A stretch of 43,074 nucleotides of DNA from Patescibacteria group bacterium. Its GTDB lineage: Bacteria; Patescibacteriota; Minisyncoccia; Phycocordibacterales; UBA1550. Position numbers and translations under genes: made by a program. Shown piece after piece: positions 9,344 through 19,020 of the stretch. The stretch spans positions 1 to 43,074 of the forward strand of contig JBBUDU010000006.1 of the NCBI GenBank assembly GCA_038057125.1, in the 5' to 3' direction. The notes under the pieces were generated by a model, which saw only the letters and a list, made by a program, of their open reading frames with translations, was not told where the DNA came from and did no database searches. The number at the start of each line of letters is the position of its first letter. The first letter of the stretch is position 1.

Positions 9344-9729
9344 CAATCTTTTTTAAATGGTAAAATTACAGCATTCTTAGTTGCCGTGCCTGACCCCAAC
9401 TTATTTACGCATTTACCTAGCACGGCAGAATCAAAAGAACATAAGAGAGCGACAAATCCATTTTTCCCATAAAAATGCACCCACATCATTTTGTTTAGAC
9501 GAACCATTGCATCAATTGGGTTCTTTGCCTTATTTCTTTCTCCGTCAATAACCCATTGAAGCTGACGCAATCCCCGCTGATGCTCTGGTGGAGCTTTTGA
9601 AATAACTTTTTCAATCTCCGCTTTCCTCTCTGACTCGAAGAGGTCTGGGTCGGATTTTGCAAGATTAAACCAGTACTCAAAAAACTTTCTCTGATCAGCA
9701 AAATTACTGTCATTGCCGGTTAAACTCAT
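9343..9729 (-). CDS. DUF3135-like protein (copy 1)
   Basis: LAKSDPDLFESERKAEIEKVISKAPPEHQRGLRQLQWVIDGERNKAKNP; C-terminal VILPFKKD; SD AAGGAGAG. Confidence 0.85.
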   Translation of the reverse strand: MSLTGNDSNFADQRKFFEYWFNLAKSDPDLFESERKAEIEKVISKAPPEHQRGLRQLQWVIDGERNKAKNPIDAMVRLNKMMWVHFYGKNGFVALLCSFDSAVLGKCVNKLGSGTATKNAVILPFKKD

Positions 9730-9799
9730 GATACTCTCCTTAAAGAAGGTACTGTAATAATACTACGCAAAAAGTGTCGCTAACACAAGCGAGTAGTCT

Positions 9800-11272
9800 T
9801 TACTTTTCCAAGTCCAGCACCTCATCAATGCGAATTTGGTGCACGAATTCTGGTACATGAGAAACAAGAATCATCGCACCTTCGTATTGGTCGAGTGCTT
9901 TTGCGATGACGGGCAAATGGCGGAAGTTGATGTGGTTTGTGGGTTCATCGAGAATGAGGAGGCCAGGGCGCTCGAGCACAAGCTGAGCAAATGCCACGAG
10001 CCCCTTTTGCCCTTCTGAGAGACTGCCGATTTTTGTGTAGATAACATCCGAGGTAATGAGGAAACTTGCAGCCACTGCGCGCATACGCTCTTCGTCGAGC
10101 TTGCCATCTACAGACTCTGCCGCGCGTGCAAGCGACTGATACACAGTGTCGTTGAAATCGAGAGTGGAAAAATCCTGACGATAATACCCAATGCGCACTC
10201 CATCGGCAACTTTCGTCCCTTTTGCTTTGCCTGTTGCTAGGGCTTCAAGTAGTGTTGATTTTCCAATACCGTTTGGGCCTTTCAGAAGTAAGTGAAACTT
10301 TTTCTTGAGCGAAATCTTTGCGGCGCGCGCGACCGGCTTGTGGTTTTTTAAAACGGTAAACGATGAAATATGAAGAAGCTCCCCCGTAAGCTCGGGCTGT
10401 GCGGGAATGGTAAATGAGCGGATGGTCTTGTCCTCTTTGCGAATATCTACTTTTGCCTCTTCCATTTCTTCAGCCTTTTCACGCATGCGTTTTGCTACCA
10501 TACGCATCTGACCTCCCTTCATGGCAAAGAAGTTCGCTTTGTCTTTGTTTGCTTGAATTTCTTTTGCGAGCTGAGCATTCTTCATATTTTCTTTTTCAAT
10601 CTGCGCGGTAATCTGACGCACTACTGCGAAATAGTCGCCAACATAGTTTTCAATCTTGCGCGTGTAAATATTTAAATAAAGCACGCCTTCGGTAAACGAG
10701 TTCAAAAATTCCGCGTCGTGCGAAATAACAATACAAGTCTTTTCGTAATTCTTGAGGAAATCCGTGAGGTGGGCTATGCCTGCCTTGTCGAGATTGTTGG
10801 TCGGCTCGTCGAGTAGTAGGACATCTGGGTCCTGAATGAGCGCCGAGGCTAGGAGTAGCCGAGCCTGCTGACCACCGGAAAAGGATTTGATGATGCGCTC
10901 GTGCATTTTCTCATGGCCCTTCAAATTTACCACCTCAAGCACTGCATCGATTTTGGGGTCGAGGTCGTAGATTTTTTTTGCAAAACATTTTTCAAAAAAT
11001 TCCCGCACCGTGAGTTCGAGCTCTCCACGCGGAACTACCTGCTTTGAAATAGCGATGGACACACCTTTCCCTATATAAACATTGCCGTCCTCAGGCTTCA
11101 ACACACCCGTAATCATTCCAAAGATAGTTGATTTGCCGGCACCGTTTTGCCCCATGAGGGTTAGCTTTGCTCCGCGACGCACGGTAAAAGACACATCATC
11201 CAAGATGGGTTTATTGTGCCCGTATTCAAACGATACATTTTCAAATCGCAGGATAACTTCTCCTTGTGCCAT
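9800..11272 (-). CDS. ABC-F family ATPase (two NBDs, no TM)
   Basis: GQNGAGKST/FSGGQ/LLLDEPTNNLD and GPNGIGKST/LSEGQ/LILDEPTNH, with a helical inter-domain linker. Confidence 0.93.
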   Translation of the reverse strand: MAQGEVILRFENVSFEYGHNKPILDDVSFTVRRGAKLTLMGQNGAGKSTIFGMITGVLKPEDGNVYIGKGVSIAISKQVVPRGELELTVREFFEKCFAKKIYDLDPKIDAVLEVVNLKGHEKMHERIIKSFSGGQQARLLLASALIQDPDVLLLDEPTNNLDKAGIAHLTDFLKNYEKTCIVISHDAEFLNSFTEGVLYLNIYTRKIENYVGDYFAVVRQITAQIEKENMKNAQLAKEIQANKDKANFFAMKGGQMRMVAKRMREKAEEMEEAKVDIRKEDKTIRSFTIPAQPELTGELLHISSFTVLKNHKPVARAAKISLKKKFHLLLKGPNGIGKSTLLEALATGKAKGTKVADGVRIGYYRQDFSTLDFNDTVYQSLARAAESVDGKLDEERMRAVAASFLITSDVIYTKIGSLSEGQKGLVAFAQLVLERPGLLILDEPTNHINFRHLPVIAKALDQYEGAMILVSHVPEFVHQIRIDEVLDLEK

Positions 11273-11518
11273 ATATAAGAGTCTGTTAAAAGTTTAAACA
11301 CCAGATAATTAATAGATTAATTGCCTACAGGCAATCTGGTTTGCTTCCTAAAAGGCACAAATTTCTGTCCAAAATTATTCATCAATTGTCGCTGTATTAT
11401 CATACAGCTCCTCACTCTTCATAATTTTTGCCTAGAAATCTATGTCTTTTAGTTTGCATTAAACTTTTAGCAGCCTCTCACACCATACCTCATTTTTGTC
11501 AAAAGGCCAAGCGCTATA

Positions 11519-11586
11519 TATAGAAACCTCACTATACACGTATAAAATACTATAGTATTTTATACGTGTATAGTGAGGTTTCTATA
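11519..11586. repeat. 68-bp perfect palindrome with no spacer
   Basis: TATAGAAACCTCACTATACACGTATAAAATACTA|TAGTATTTTATACGTGTATAGTGAGGTTTCTATA. Confidence 0.95.
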
Positions 11587-11593
11587 AAAAAAG

Positions 11594-12355
11594 CTATGCC
11601 GCGAGCCAGCCTCCGTCTACGTAGAGTGTTGCGCCGGTGATGTAGCTTGCTTCGTCCGAGGAAAGAAAGACCACTGCCGAAGAAATTTCTTCTGGGCGAC
11701 CCATACGCTTTAGTGGCACACCGGCGAGCATTGCAGTCATCGCCTCTTTTGGAATATTTGCCGCGCTTACCATTGGAGTATCAATTGCTCCGGGCCCGAT
11801 TGCATTTACATTGATGCCCAGAGGCGCAAGCTCTACTGCGAGAGTTTCTGTCATGCCAATGATGCCACCCTTTGACGCGGTGTAGTGCGCGCCTCCTGCA
11901 ATGCCCACACCCACACCGCCCGATGCGATAGACGCGATGTTCACAATGCGCCCGTATTTATTTTTCGCCATCTCTTTTGCGGCGCGCTGGGCACAGAAGA
12001 AATATCCTTTCAAATTAATATCAATAGTTCTGTCCCAATCCTCTTCAGTCATTTCAAGAAATGGTTTCGGAGCAAAAATACCGGCATTATTTACGAGAAT
12101 GTCCAAGCGTCCGTATTTCGAAATCACTTGGTCAAACACATTGTCCACATCCGCCTTGCTTGAAACATCCATCTTGAAACAAATCACATCGCCACCAGCC
12201 AAACGCACTTCGTCCGCCACGAGCTCGCACTCTGCGAGGTCAATATCCGTAATCACAACCTTCGCCCCCTGCCCCGCAAGCGCCAGCGCATGTGAACGCC
12301 CCATCCCACGACGAGCTCCCGTAACCAAGGCAACTTTCCCTTGTAGGTTGAACAT
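11594..12355 (-). CDS. Short-chain dehydrogenase/reductase (FabG-like)
   Basis: TGARRGMG, NNAG, YTASK catalytic motif, VDGG. Confidence 0.95.
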   Translation of the reverse strand: MFNLQGKVALVTGARRGMGRSHALALAGQGAKVVITDIDLAECELVADEVRLAGGDVICFKMDVSSKADVDNVFDQVISKYGRLDILVNNAGIFAPKPFLEMTEEDWDRTIDINLKGYFFCAQRAAKEMAKNKYGRIVNIASIASGGVGVGIAGGAHYTASKGGIIGMTETLAVELAPLGINVNAIGPGAIDTPMVSAANIPKEAMTAMLAGVPLKRMGRPEEISSAVVFLSSDEASYITGATLYVDGGWLAA

Positions 12356-12433
12356 AGTGTATTTGAATTAATACCCGCTGATATATAATAGTATACTCCG
12401 TTTTAGTTACAAAAAATAGCCGTCACCTCCTCC

Positions 12434-12461
12434 ACAATAGTGTGCTATAGCACACTATTGT
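12434..12461. repeat. 28-bp perfect palindrome
   Basis: ACAATAGTGTGCTA|TAGCACACTATTGT. Confidence 0.9.
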
Positions 12462-12462
12462 T

Positions 12463-12660
12463 ATGAAGGTAAAAAAGAAATTACGCCACACAATTTATGA
12501 AAAAATGGTGGCTGACCCCATTTCTTTTGGAATTATTATTTTCTTTATCATTTTTTATAAGGCTTTTGGTTTTGAATGCAGGACGAGGCGAGCGCGAGGA
12601 TTTCGACCAAGGTGTACGTGCAGTACTCCGCGGAAGAAATCCGAGCGGGCAACGACGTAA
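12463..12660 (+). CDS. Possible small membrane protein (65 aa)
   Basis: Fills the gap without overlap; basic N-terminus, hydrophobic ISFGIIIFFIIFY, Arg/Cys-rich tail; no family recognised. Confidence 0.35.
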   Translation: MKVKKKLRHTIYEKMVADPISFGIIIFFIIFYKAFGFECRTRRARGFRPRCTCSTPRKKSERATT

Positions 12661-12681
12661 TGCGTCAAAACCAGAAGCCGA

Positions 12682-13716
12682 CTACCATTCGAGGGCGCCG
12701 CCGGTCTTATATTCTGTGACGCGTGTCTCAAAGAAGTTCTTCTCCTTGCTCAAATCTATCGCCTCGCTCATCCACGGGAATGGGTTTTCTACGCCATACT
12801 GGACTGGCAGACCAACGGACTCCAAACGGCGGTCGGCGATGTGCTCGATGTACTGTTTGAAACCATCGGCGTTCATGCCGAAAATTCCACGCGGGAAAAC
12901 CTGTGTCGCAAATGTATATTCAAGCACCACTGCTTTTTTTACAAGCTCGACAAGCCTTTGCTGAAACTCCTTTGTCCAAAGCTCGGGCTGTTCCTCTTTA
13001 ATGGTGTTTATCATATTGATGCCAAAGTTTAAATGCTGAGACTCATCGCGCATAATGTATTGAATCTGCTCTGCGGAGCCCGTGAGTTTGTTTTGACGCT
13101 GGAAACCAAACATTACCGCGAATGAAGAATAAAAGAAGATGCCTTCCATAATGAGCGAAAAAACAACGAGATTTTCCAAAAATTTCTGGTCATTTTCAAA
13201 AGTACCTGTTTTGAAATTATCATCAAAAATACCATCATTGAATCCGAGTATGAAGCTGTCTTTGTTGTAGATGGCGTCTACTTCACGATACATATTGAAA
13301 ATCTTGCTCTCGTCCATACCGAGACTTTCTACAATATACTGATATGCGTGGGTGTGGATTGCCTCCTCAAAACCCTGACGAAGAAGGTACATACGACATT
13401 CGGGCGAGGTGATGTGCTTATAGAAAGCAAGGACGACATTGTTTGCCGCAATGGAGTCTGCTGTCGTGAAAAAGCCGAGGACTGTTTCAAATGCCTGCCT
13501 TTCGTCTGGAGTCAAAGCGTCCTTTGAGCGCCACTGCTCAATATCCCTCTGCATGCTTATCTCCGTCGGGAGCCAATGGTTGGAGTTGCCTATGGTGTAG
13601 GCATCCCACGCAAAAGTGTGCTTCATTGGGTAAAGCTGCATAACGTCCGCATCTTTGCCATTGATGATACGGCGATTATTAACATTTACCGGCTTGTCCC
13701 CTCTTGCAATTGGCAT
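12682..13716 (-). CDS. nrdB: Class Ia ribonucleotide reductase beta subunit
   Basis: W.PTEI, FFTTADS (Asp ligand), EEAIHTHAY (radical Tyr), MEGIFFYSSF, RDESQH, NFFETRVTEY. Start placed at MPIARG. Confidence 0.95.
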   Translation of the reverse strand: MPIARGDKPVNVNNRRIINGKDADVMQLYPMKHTFAWDAYTIGNSNHWLPTEISMQRDIEQWRSKDALTPDERQAFETVLGFFTTADSIAANNVVLAFYKHITSPECRMYLLRQGFEEAIHTHAYQYIVESLGMDESKIFNMYREVDAIYNKDSFILGFNDGIFDDNFKTGTFENDQKFLENLVVFSLIMEGIFFYSSFAVMFGFQRQNKLTGSAEQIQYIMRDESQHLNFGINMINTIKEEQPELWTKEFQQRLVELVKKAVVLEYTFATQVFPRGIFGMNADGFKQYIEHIADRRLESVGLPVQYGVENPFPWMSEAIDLSKEKNFFETRVTEYKTGGALEW

Positions 13717-13756
13717 AGTTGATTTTATTTGAGCGAAGCGAGTTAGAAAATCATAC

Positions 13757-13802
13757 ATCCAGCACTTATTTTTGAGGAGCCCCTCAAAAATAAGTGCTGG
13801 AT
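13757..13802. repeat. 21-bp inverted repeat between nrdA and nrdB
   Basis: ATCCAGCACTTATTTTTGAGG-agcc-CCTCAAAAATAAGTGCTGGAT. Confidence 0.9.
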
Positions 13803-13838
13803 AATAAAATTATAGTCGCGTTGCTCCTTAATTTATAA

Positions 13839-16700
13839 TTACCCCTGACACGATTCACAAATACCCACTTCCTCGCCAGCCGCTACGCGCGCCATAAACT
13901 CTGCGTCAGAAATTGTTGGAACTTCTGATGAAGTCATTGTTGGGACATGAGCAGGAGCTGACAGAGTTTCTTTTATCGCTACAACTGCCGCGACCGCGCC
14001 CTCTGCCTTTGTACTGAAATCGCGTTTGTGCGTGGAGCCAAACTCTGCGACAGACACGGTGGATTTTTCGACCTGCGATGCACCAAGCGAGCGAAGGTAG
14101 TATGTGGTCTTGAGCCCCATCTCCCACGCGTGGAAATACACTTCCGAAAGTTCTCGACCTGATGTGCCACGGAAAAAAATGTTGAGCGACTGCGACTGAT
14201 CAATCCACTTTGCACGGCGCGCTGCGGCGTCTATCAGCCAGCGGGAATCAATTTCAAACACTTCTTTATATTTCCTGCGAATTTCTTTGGGAATTTCTTT
14301 GATGTTTTGCACACTGCCGTCGTAATATTTAATTTTGTTTAATGTGTCTTTGTTCCAGAGCTCAAGCTTCTTCAAATCTTCAACGAGATATTTGTTGACC
14401 ACGACGAAGTCACCTTCTTTGTTGGACTTCACATAAATGTTTTTGTAGATAGGCTCTACGCACGGGATACAGCCGACGAGATTTGCGGTGCTTGCTGTTG
14501 GCGCGATAGCCATGGTGTTGGAATTGCGCATACCGTACTTCTTTACACTCTCGCGTACAAGCGCCCAGTCCAAAACCCCACCACGCTCTACGAGAATCTT
14601 CTCTCCGCGTTCTTTCTCAAGAAGGTCTACTGTATCTTGTGGCAAAAGTCCGCGATCCCACTTTGAACCTTTGTAGCTGGAGTACACGCCACGCTCCTTT
14701 GCAAGCTCGGATGATGCGAGGATAGTATAGTACGCCACAACTTCCATGCTTTCGTCGGCAAACTTCACCGCTTCCTCTGAGTCGAAATCGATGCCGAGCA
14801 TATAGAGCGCATCGTGGTAACCGCGAACACCGAGCCCAACGGGGCGATGAAGGGTACTTCCTCTTCGCGCGTCTTCTGTAGGATAGAAATTGATATCAAT
14901 AACATTGTCCAACATTCGGATAGCGGTCTTCGTCACGCTTTTTACAAGCTCTCGGTCAAACTTGCCGTTTTTTACAAACTTTGCAAAGTTGAGAGAGCCG
15001 AGCGTACACACTGCGGTTTCGTCTGCGGAAGTATTGAGCGTAATCTCGGTGCATAGGTTGGAGCTGTGTACTGTGCCCACATGATCTTGTGGAGAGCGTA
15101 CATTGCAGGGGTCTTTAAATGTAATCCAAGGGTGTCCTGTTTCAAAAAGCATAGAAATCATCTTTTTCCAGAGGTCATTTGCGGGAATGCGCTTCCAAAG
15201 CTTTATTTCACCACGGTCTGCCATTGCCTCATACTCCTTATAGCGTTTTTCAAACTTTGCGCCGTAGATTTCGTGCAAATCGGGCGTTTCATCGGGAGAA
15301 AAGAGTGTCCACTCCCCACCATCGCGCACACGCTTCATAAATAGGTCGGGGACCCAGTTTGCGGTGTTTACATCGTGGGTACGACGGCGTTCGTCGCCGG
15401 TGTTCTTGCGGAGCTCCAAAAAATCCTCAATGTCCAAGTGCCATGTTTCCAAGTACACGCATCCAGCACCACGGCGCTTGCCGGAGCGATTGATAGCGAT
15501 GTTTATGTCATTTGCAATCTTTAGAAACGGCACAACCCCCTGACTTCCAACTCCAGTACCACCAATGTATGCGCCCGTAGCGCGTAGTGGTGTCCAGCTG
15601 GTGCCTGTACCACCCGACCACTTAAGATACTGCGCATTGTCACCAAACGTTTTGAAAATTGTATCAAGGGAATCTGGAACAACATTCAAGAAGCAGTTTG
15701 CAAGCTGAGCTTTTTTTGCGCCCGCCTGAAAGAGGGTGCGCCCGCCCGGTGTGTAGTAAAACTTCGAAAGCACATCATAAAACTCGAGAGCCACGCGTTC
15801 GCGGTCTTCTTTCTTTTCTGATATGGCAGTACCCATTGCGATACGCATCCAAAACATTTGCGGTGTCTCAACTGGCTTCTTTGTCTTTGGATTTTCTTGG
15901 AAGTAGCGAGAAGAGAGGATCTCGAGTCCCATATATTCAAATAGCTCATCATTTGCGATTTCAAATTTTTGAGCAAGCTTGTCCAAATCAAAATCTAACA
16001 TGCGCGGGTCCAAAGAGCCTTCTTTAACTGCGTGCTTGATATTTTCTGGAAATGTTTTTGCGTGCGCGGAAAGTAAATCCTTAGGATTAAAATTACTTCC
16101 GAAAACATCGCTGTAAAGTTTTTGAAGAAGGAGGCGCGCTGCAACTTTTGAATATGCGGGGTCGAGCTCGATCATGGAGCGCACGACCATGATGATTGCT
16201 TTTGTTATCTCTGTCGTCGTAATATTTTCATACACATTGAGCTTGAGCTGAGTAAGAACTGCCTCGACATCAATATCTCTCTCGTATCCGTGCATCGCGC
16301 GCGCGAGAGTTTTTTTGATTTTTGTCTCAGAAAAATGTTCTTGAGAGCCTCCACGCTTGGTGATTGAGAGTTTTTTCTCTTCGATTTTATCAATAATCTC
16401 TTCTTGTTTCTTTTCGCGAATCTTTTCGTGCTCGTAACGGTAAATAATGTACGCTTTTGCCACTTCGTGATAGCCCTCGTTCATAATGACGAGCTCAACA
16501 ATGTCCTGAATCTTTTCAACCGACGGAATTTGTCCGTATCCACCATCTACCACCTCTCTTAAAATCACTTTGGTCATGTCCAAAAGCTTTTCTGTTGTAA
16601 TAGGAGCATTACATGCGACGAAAGCTTTACTAACTGCGCTCGTAATCTTCTCTGGAGAGAAATCTACGATGATGCCGTTTCGTTTTTTGACCTGATTCAT
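13839..16700 (-). CDS. nrdA: Class Ia ribonucleotide reductase alpha subunit with two ATP-cones
   Basis: VKKRNG and ITKRGG cones; LANCFL, SSNLCTEI, AVCTLGS, KTTYYLR, C-terminal CESC. Confidence 0.97.
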   Translation of the reverse strand: MNQVKKRNGIIVDFSPEKITSAVSKAFVACNAPITTEKLLDMTKVILREVVDGGYGQIPSVEKIQDIVELVIMNEGYHEVAKAYIIYRYEHEKIREKKQEEIIDKIEEKKLSITKRGGSQEHFSETKIKKTLARAMHGYERDIDVEAVLTQLKLNVYENITTTEITKAIIMVVRSMIELDPAYSKVAARLLLQKLYSDVFGSNFNPKDLLSAHAKTFPENIKHAVKEGSLDPRMLDFDLDKLAQKFEIANDELFEYMGLEILSSRYFQENPKTKKPVETPQMFWMRIAMGTAISEKKEDRERVALEFYDVLSKFYYTPGGRTLFQAGAKKAQLANCFLNVVPDSLDTIFKTFGDNAQYLKWSGGTGTSWTPLRATGAYIGGTGVGSQGVVPFLKIANDINIAINRSGKRRGAGCVYLETWHLDIEDFLELRKNTGDERRRTHDVNTANWVPDLFMKRVRDGGEWTLFSPDETPDLHEIYGAKFEKRYKEYEAMADRGEIKLWKRIPANDLWKKMISMLFETGHPWITFKDPCNVRSPQDHVGTVHSSNLCTEITLNTSADETAVCTLGSLNFAKFVKNGKFDRELVKSVTKTAIRMLDNVIDINFYPTEDARRGSTLHRPVGLGVRGYHDALYMLGIDFDSEEAVKFADESMEVVAYYTILASSELAKERGVYSSYKGSKWDRGLLPQDTVDLLEKERGEKILVERGGVLDWALVRESVKKYGMRNSNTMAIAPTASTANLVGCIPCVEPIYKNIYVKSNKEGDFVVVNKYLVEDLKKLELWNKDTLNKIKYYDGSVQNIKEIPKEIRRKYKEVFEIDSRWLIDAAARRAKWIDQSQSLNIFFRGTSGRELSEVYFHAWEMGLKTTYYLRSLGASQVEKSTVSVAEFGSTHKRDFSTKAEGAVAAVVAIKETLSAPAHVPTMTSSEVPTISDAEFMARVAAGEEVGICESCQG

Positions 16701-16982
16701 AGTGCAGAGATAGTGTTAATGGTGATTAAAAATGTGCTCACATTTTTTGTAAGCCTTATTCACAGACAATGGCGCGACAATTACTCTAACTCACTTATTT
16801 TAGCATAATTTAAAAACAGAAAGGAAGTGGAAATATGCAAATTTTACATAACAGCACACACAAAAAATAATGTCTAAAATGTTGCAAAAAAATGCTGAAA
16901 ATCAAGCATGTTGGCGCAAGGAAACCCACTTAGCAAGTTTTTTCTTGTTCATAAAGTGCCCTAAAGATAAAGTGACATGCAT

Positions 16983-17018
16983 AAAAAATGCCGCGACTTG
17001 CAAAAGCAAGTCGCGGCA
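16983..17018 (-). terminator. Intrinsic terminator after the 17034-17339 gene
   Basis: TGCCGCGACTTGC-aaaa-GCAAGTCGCGGCA with a T6 tract on the minus strand. Confidence 0.85.
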
Positions 17019-17033
17019 ACAAGACAAATAATC

Positions 17034-17339
17034 CTACGAAATTAACTCTGGCTTTACCTTTTGTCTTTCCGTATGCCCACAGCGACATACCCAGAAAAAA
17101 GTCCGATATGTATGTTTATAATCGCTTGGTCCATAGCCACGGGAATCAAACGATTGTTCTTTCATCTGTTTCCTGCATCTATGGCACACTTTTCGCATAG
17201 ACAGTGAAGAGAGTGTCGCAAAAAAAGCATAGATTACTACGAAACTTACAACGATAATGAACATACCTCCGAACCATACAGAAGAAAAGCTACAATTCGA
17301 GGAACCAACATCAAGTAATTCACACATCTCTGGATTCAT
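17034..17339 (-). CDS. Small membrane protein with a C-terminal Zn-ribbon-like motif
   Basis: SD AAGGAGG; one TM; CHRC...CRCGH; own terminator. Confidence 0.7.
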   Translation of the reverse strand: MNPEMCELLDVGSSNCSFSSVWFGGMFIIVVSFVVIYAFFATLSSLSMRKVCHRCRKQMKEQSFDSRGYGPSDYKHTYRTFFWVCRCGHTERQKVKPELIS

Positions 17340-17438
17340 AAAACCTCCTTAACTTTTATGGTTGAATATGGAAATGAACAATACCTACAAAAACTCTTTT
17401 CCAATTCAACCATAATGAAATATGTCTGTCAACTTTTT

Positions 17439-19010
17439 TTACTCCACATTAAACGCGAACATCATCCCAGCTTCTATGTGCTCGAGAATGTGGCAGTGCG
17501 CCATCCATGTTCCAGGGTTGGAAGCGTCGAGAATAATATCCACGTACTCCCCTGCTGGAACGAGCAAAGTGTCTTTCCATACGAGATTTGTTTGTGATAC
17601 GCCATTTTTGTTTGTCACCAAGAAACGTTGTCCGTGAAAATGTATCGGGTGCTGCATCGGGTGCATAGATGAAGCGTCGTTCGTGATGCGAATTTTTACT
17701 GGACCGCGTTTAAACGACCAATCAATATCCATATTCTTTTTGCCGGTGTCTTCATCAGTAATATTCCATTTCACCATTCTCGTATCAGACATCATGTTCT
17801 TTGCTGACATGTCGGTGTCCTCCCATTCAATACCGCCTTTTGGAATACCGGCGTTCATGCTCATATTGCCTGCCATCATTGTTCCACCAGGCATCATATG
17901 ACCTACCGTAGTACCTGAACCGCCCATCATATCAACAGAAAGTTTAATTCGCCTCTGGTGTGGGGAATTAAAACTGGTGCGAAATTGGTCAATACTTTTA
18001 ATAACTTCGGGATGAGCACGAAGCGTAGAAAAAGATCTTCCTATCTCGGAAACTACTTGTTCACCTGAGACAACAATCTTACCGAGTGTATATGTTTTAT
18101 CCGGTGTTTTGTTCTGAAGCACGTATTCGCCTGCGGTACCAAAAAGCACTTCAACTATCGCACGCTCGGACGGATTTATCATCACCGCATCCACCCACGA
18201 GTCTCGTTCATACAGACCGCTATCTCCACCAACAAGTTTTAGCTTCGCATTCTTAATCGCAATATTGAACGGGCGCGTATTAGCGCTGTTCGTAAAGTAG
18301 AAACGAACGACTTCTCCTCTTTTAACATTAAGCGAGTAATCAGTTTCGCCATTCACAAACATTGTATTTCCATAGCGACCCATGAGCGTGCGGTCTGCTC
18401 CGTCTTTTTTGAAGGGCGCGATTTTGCCGTTTGTAAGCAGGATATCATCAACAAAAATCGGCACCTCTCGGTCAACCAAGTTCCACGACGAGCCGGCTTT
18501 TGGTGTCACGAGAAAATTACCATAGAGTCCCATCTCAATAGCGTAGTCATCGCGGACGTGCGGATGATACCAATAGGCACCCGCATCGGGAAATGAAAGC
18601 GTGTATGCAAACGAACCTCCAATCGGAACTATTTTTTGTGTCACATCAGGCACGCCGTCAAACTCATTTTTCATACGCACACCATGTGAGTGGAGTGTGT
18701 TTGCAATATCGGTATCATTTTTAAAATTGACAATAATGGTTGCGCCTTGCGACACTTTTATTGTTGGTCCAGGAATAGAGCCGTTGTACGCAAGCATACG
18801 GACTTCCTTGCCGTTAATATTTTTCTTCACGAAACTCGCGGTTAGGTCGATAGTGTCGCCGTCTTTGAGATCTACAACGTGCGTAGAAATAGCCAAAGGC
18901 AACGCTCGCGTGCTCGTTGAAAACTCCCTTTCGCTATTTTCTGACGACAACAGACTAAAAGAAGCAAATATAACTACGATAATGGCAACAAGGATATAAT
19001 TCTTTTTCAT
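17439..19010 (-). CDS. Three-domain multicopper oxidase (CueO/CopA-like, Met-rich insert)
   Basis: HSHG, WYHPH, HPIHFHG, HCHILEH..GM; Met-rich loop; N-terminal anchor without a twin-Arg motif. Start placed at MKKNYIL. Confidence 0.95.
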   Translation of the reverse strand: MKKNYILVAIIVVIFASFSLLSSENSEREFSTSTRALPLAISTHVVDLKDGDTIDLTASFVKKNINGKEVRMLAYNGSIPGPTIKVSQGATIIVNFKNDTDIANTLHSHGVRMKNEFDGVPDVTQKIVPIGGSFAYTLSFPDAGAYWYHPHVRDDYAIEMGLYGNFLVTPKAGSSWNLVDREVPIFVDDILLTNGKIAPFKKDGADRTLMGRYGNTMFVNGETDYSLNVKRGEVVRFYFTNSANTRPFNIAIKNAKLKLVGGDSGLYERDSWVDAVMINPSERAIVEVLFGTAGEYVLQNKTPDKTYTLGKIVVSGEQVVSEIGRSFSTLRAHPEVIKSIDQFRTSFNSPHQRRIKLSVDMMGGSGTTVGHMMPGGTMMAGNMSMNAGIPKGGIEWEDTDMSAKNMMSDTRMVKWNITDEDTGKKNMDIDWSFKRGPVKIRITNDASSMHPMQHPIHFHGQRFLVTNKNGVSQTNLVWKDTLLVPAGEYVDIILDASNPGTWMAHCHILEHIEAGMMFAFNVE

Positions 19011-19020
19011 ATGTACTCCA

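Noticed and set aside
11519-11586. Definite protelomerase/hairpin-telomere site
   Set aside because: No resolvase or phage genes are in the window and ordinary genes continue on both sides; kept only as an unexplained palindrome.
12497-12964. 155-aa plus-strand ORF
   Set aside because: It overlaps nrdB antisense by about 280 nt.
12682-13716. Class Ic (Mn/Fe) RNR
   Set aside because: The first ligand is Asp and the radical Tyr is present, which indicates class Ia.
16701-16980. NrdR boxes upstream of nrdA
   Set aside because: No convincing tandem match; only a short AAAATGTG-ct-CACATTTT palindrome.
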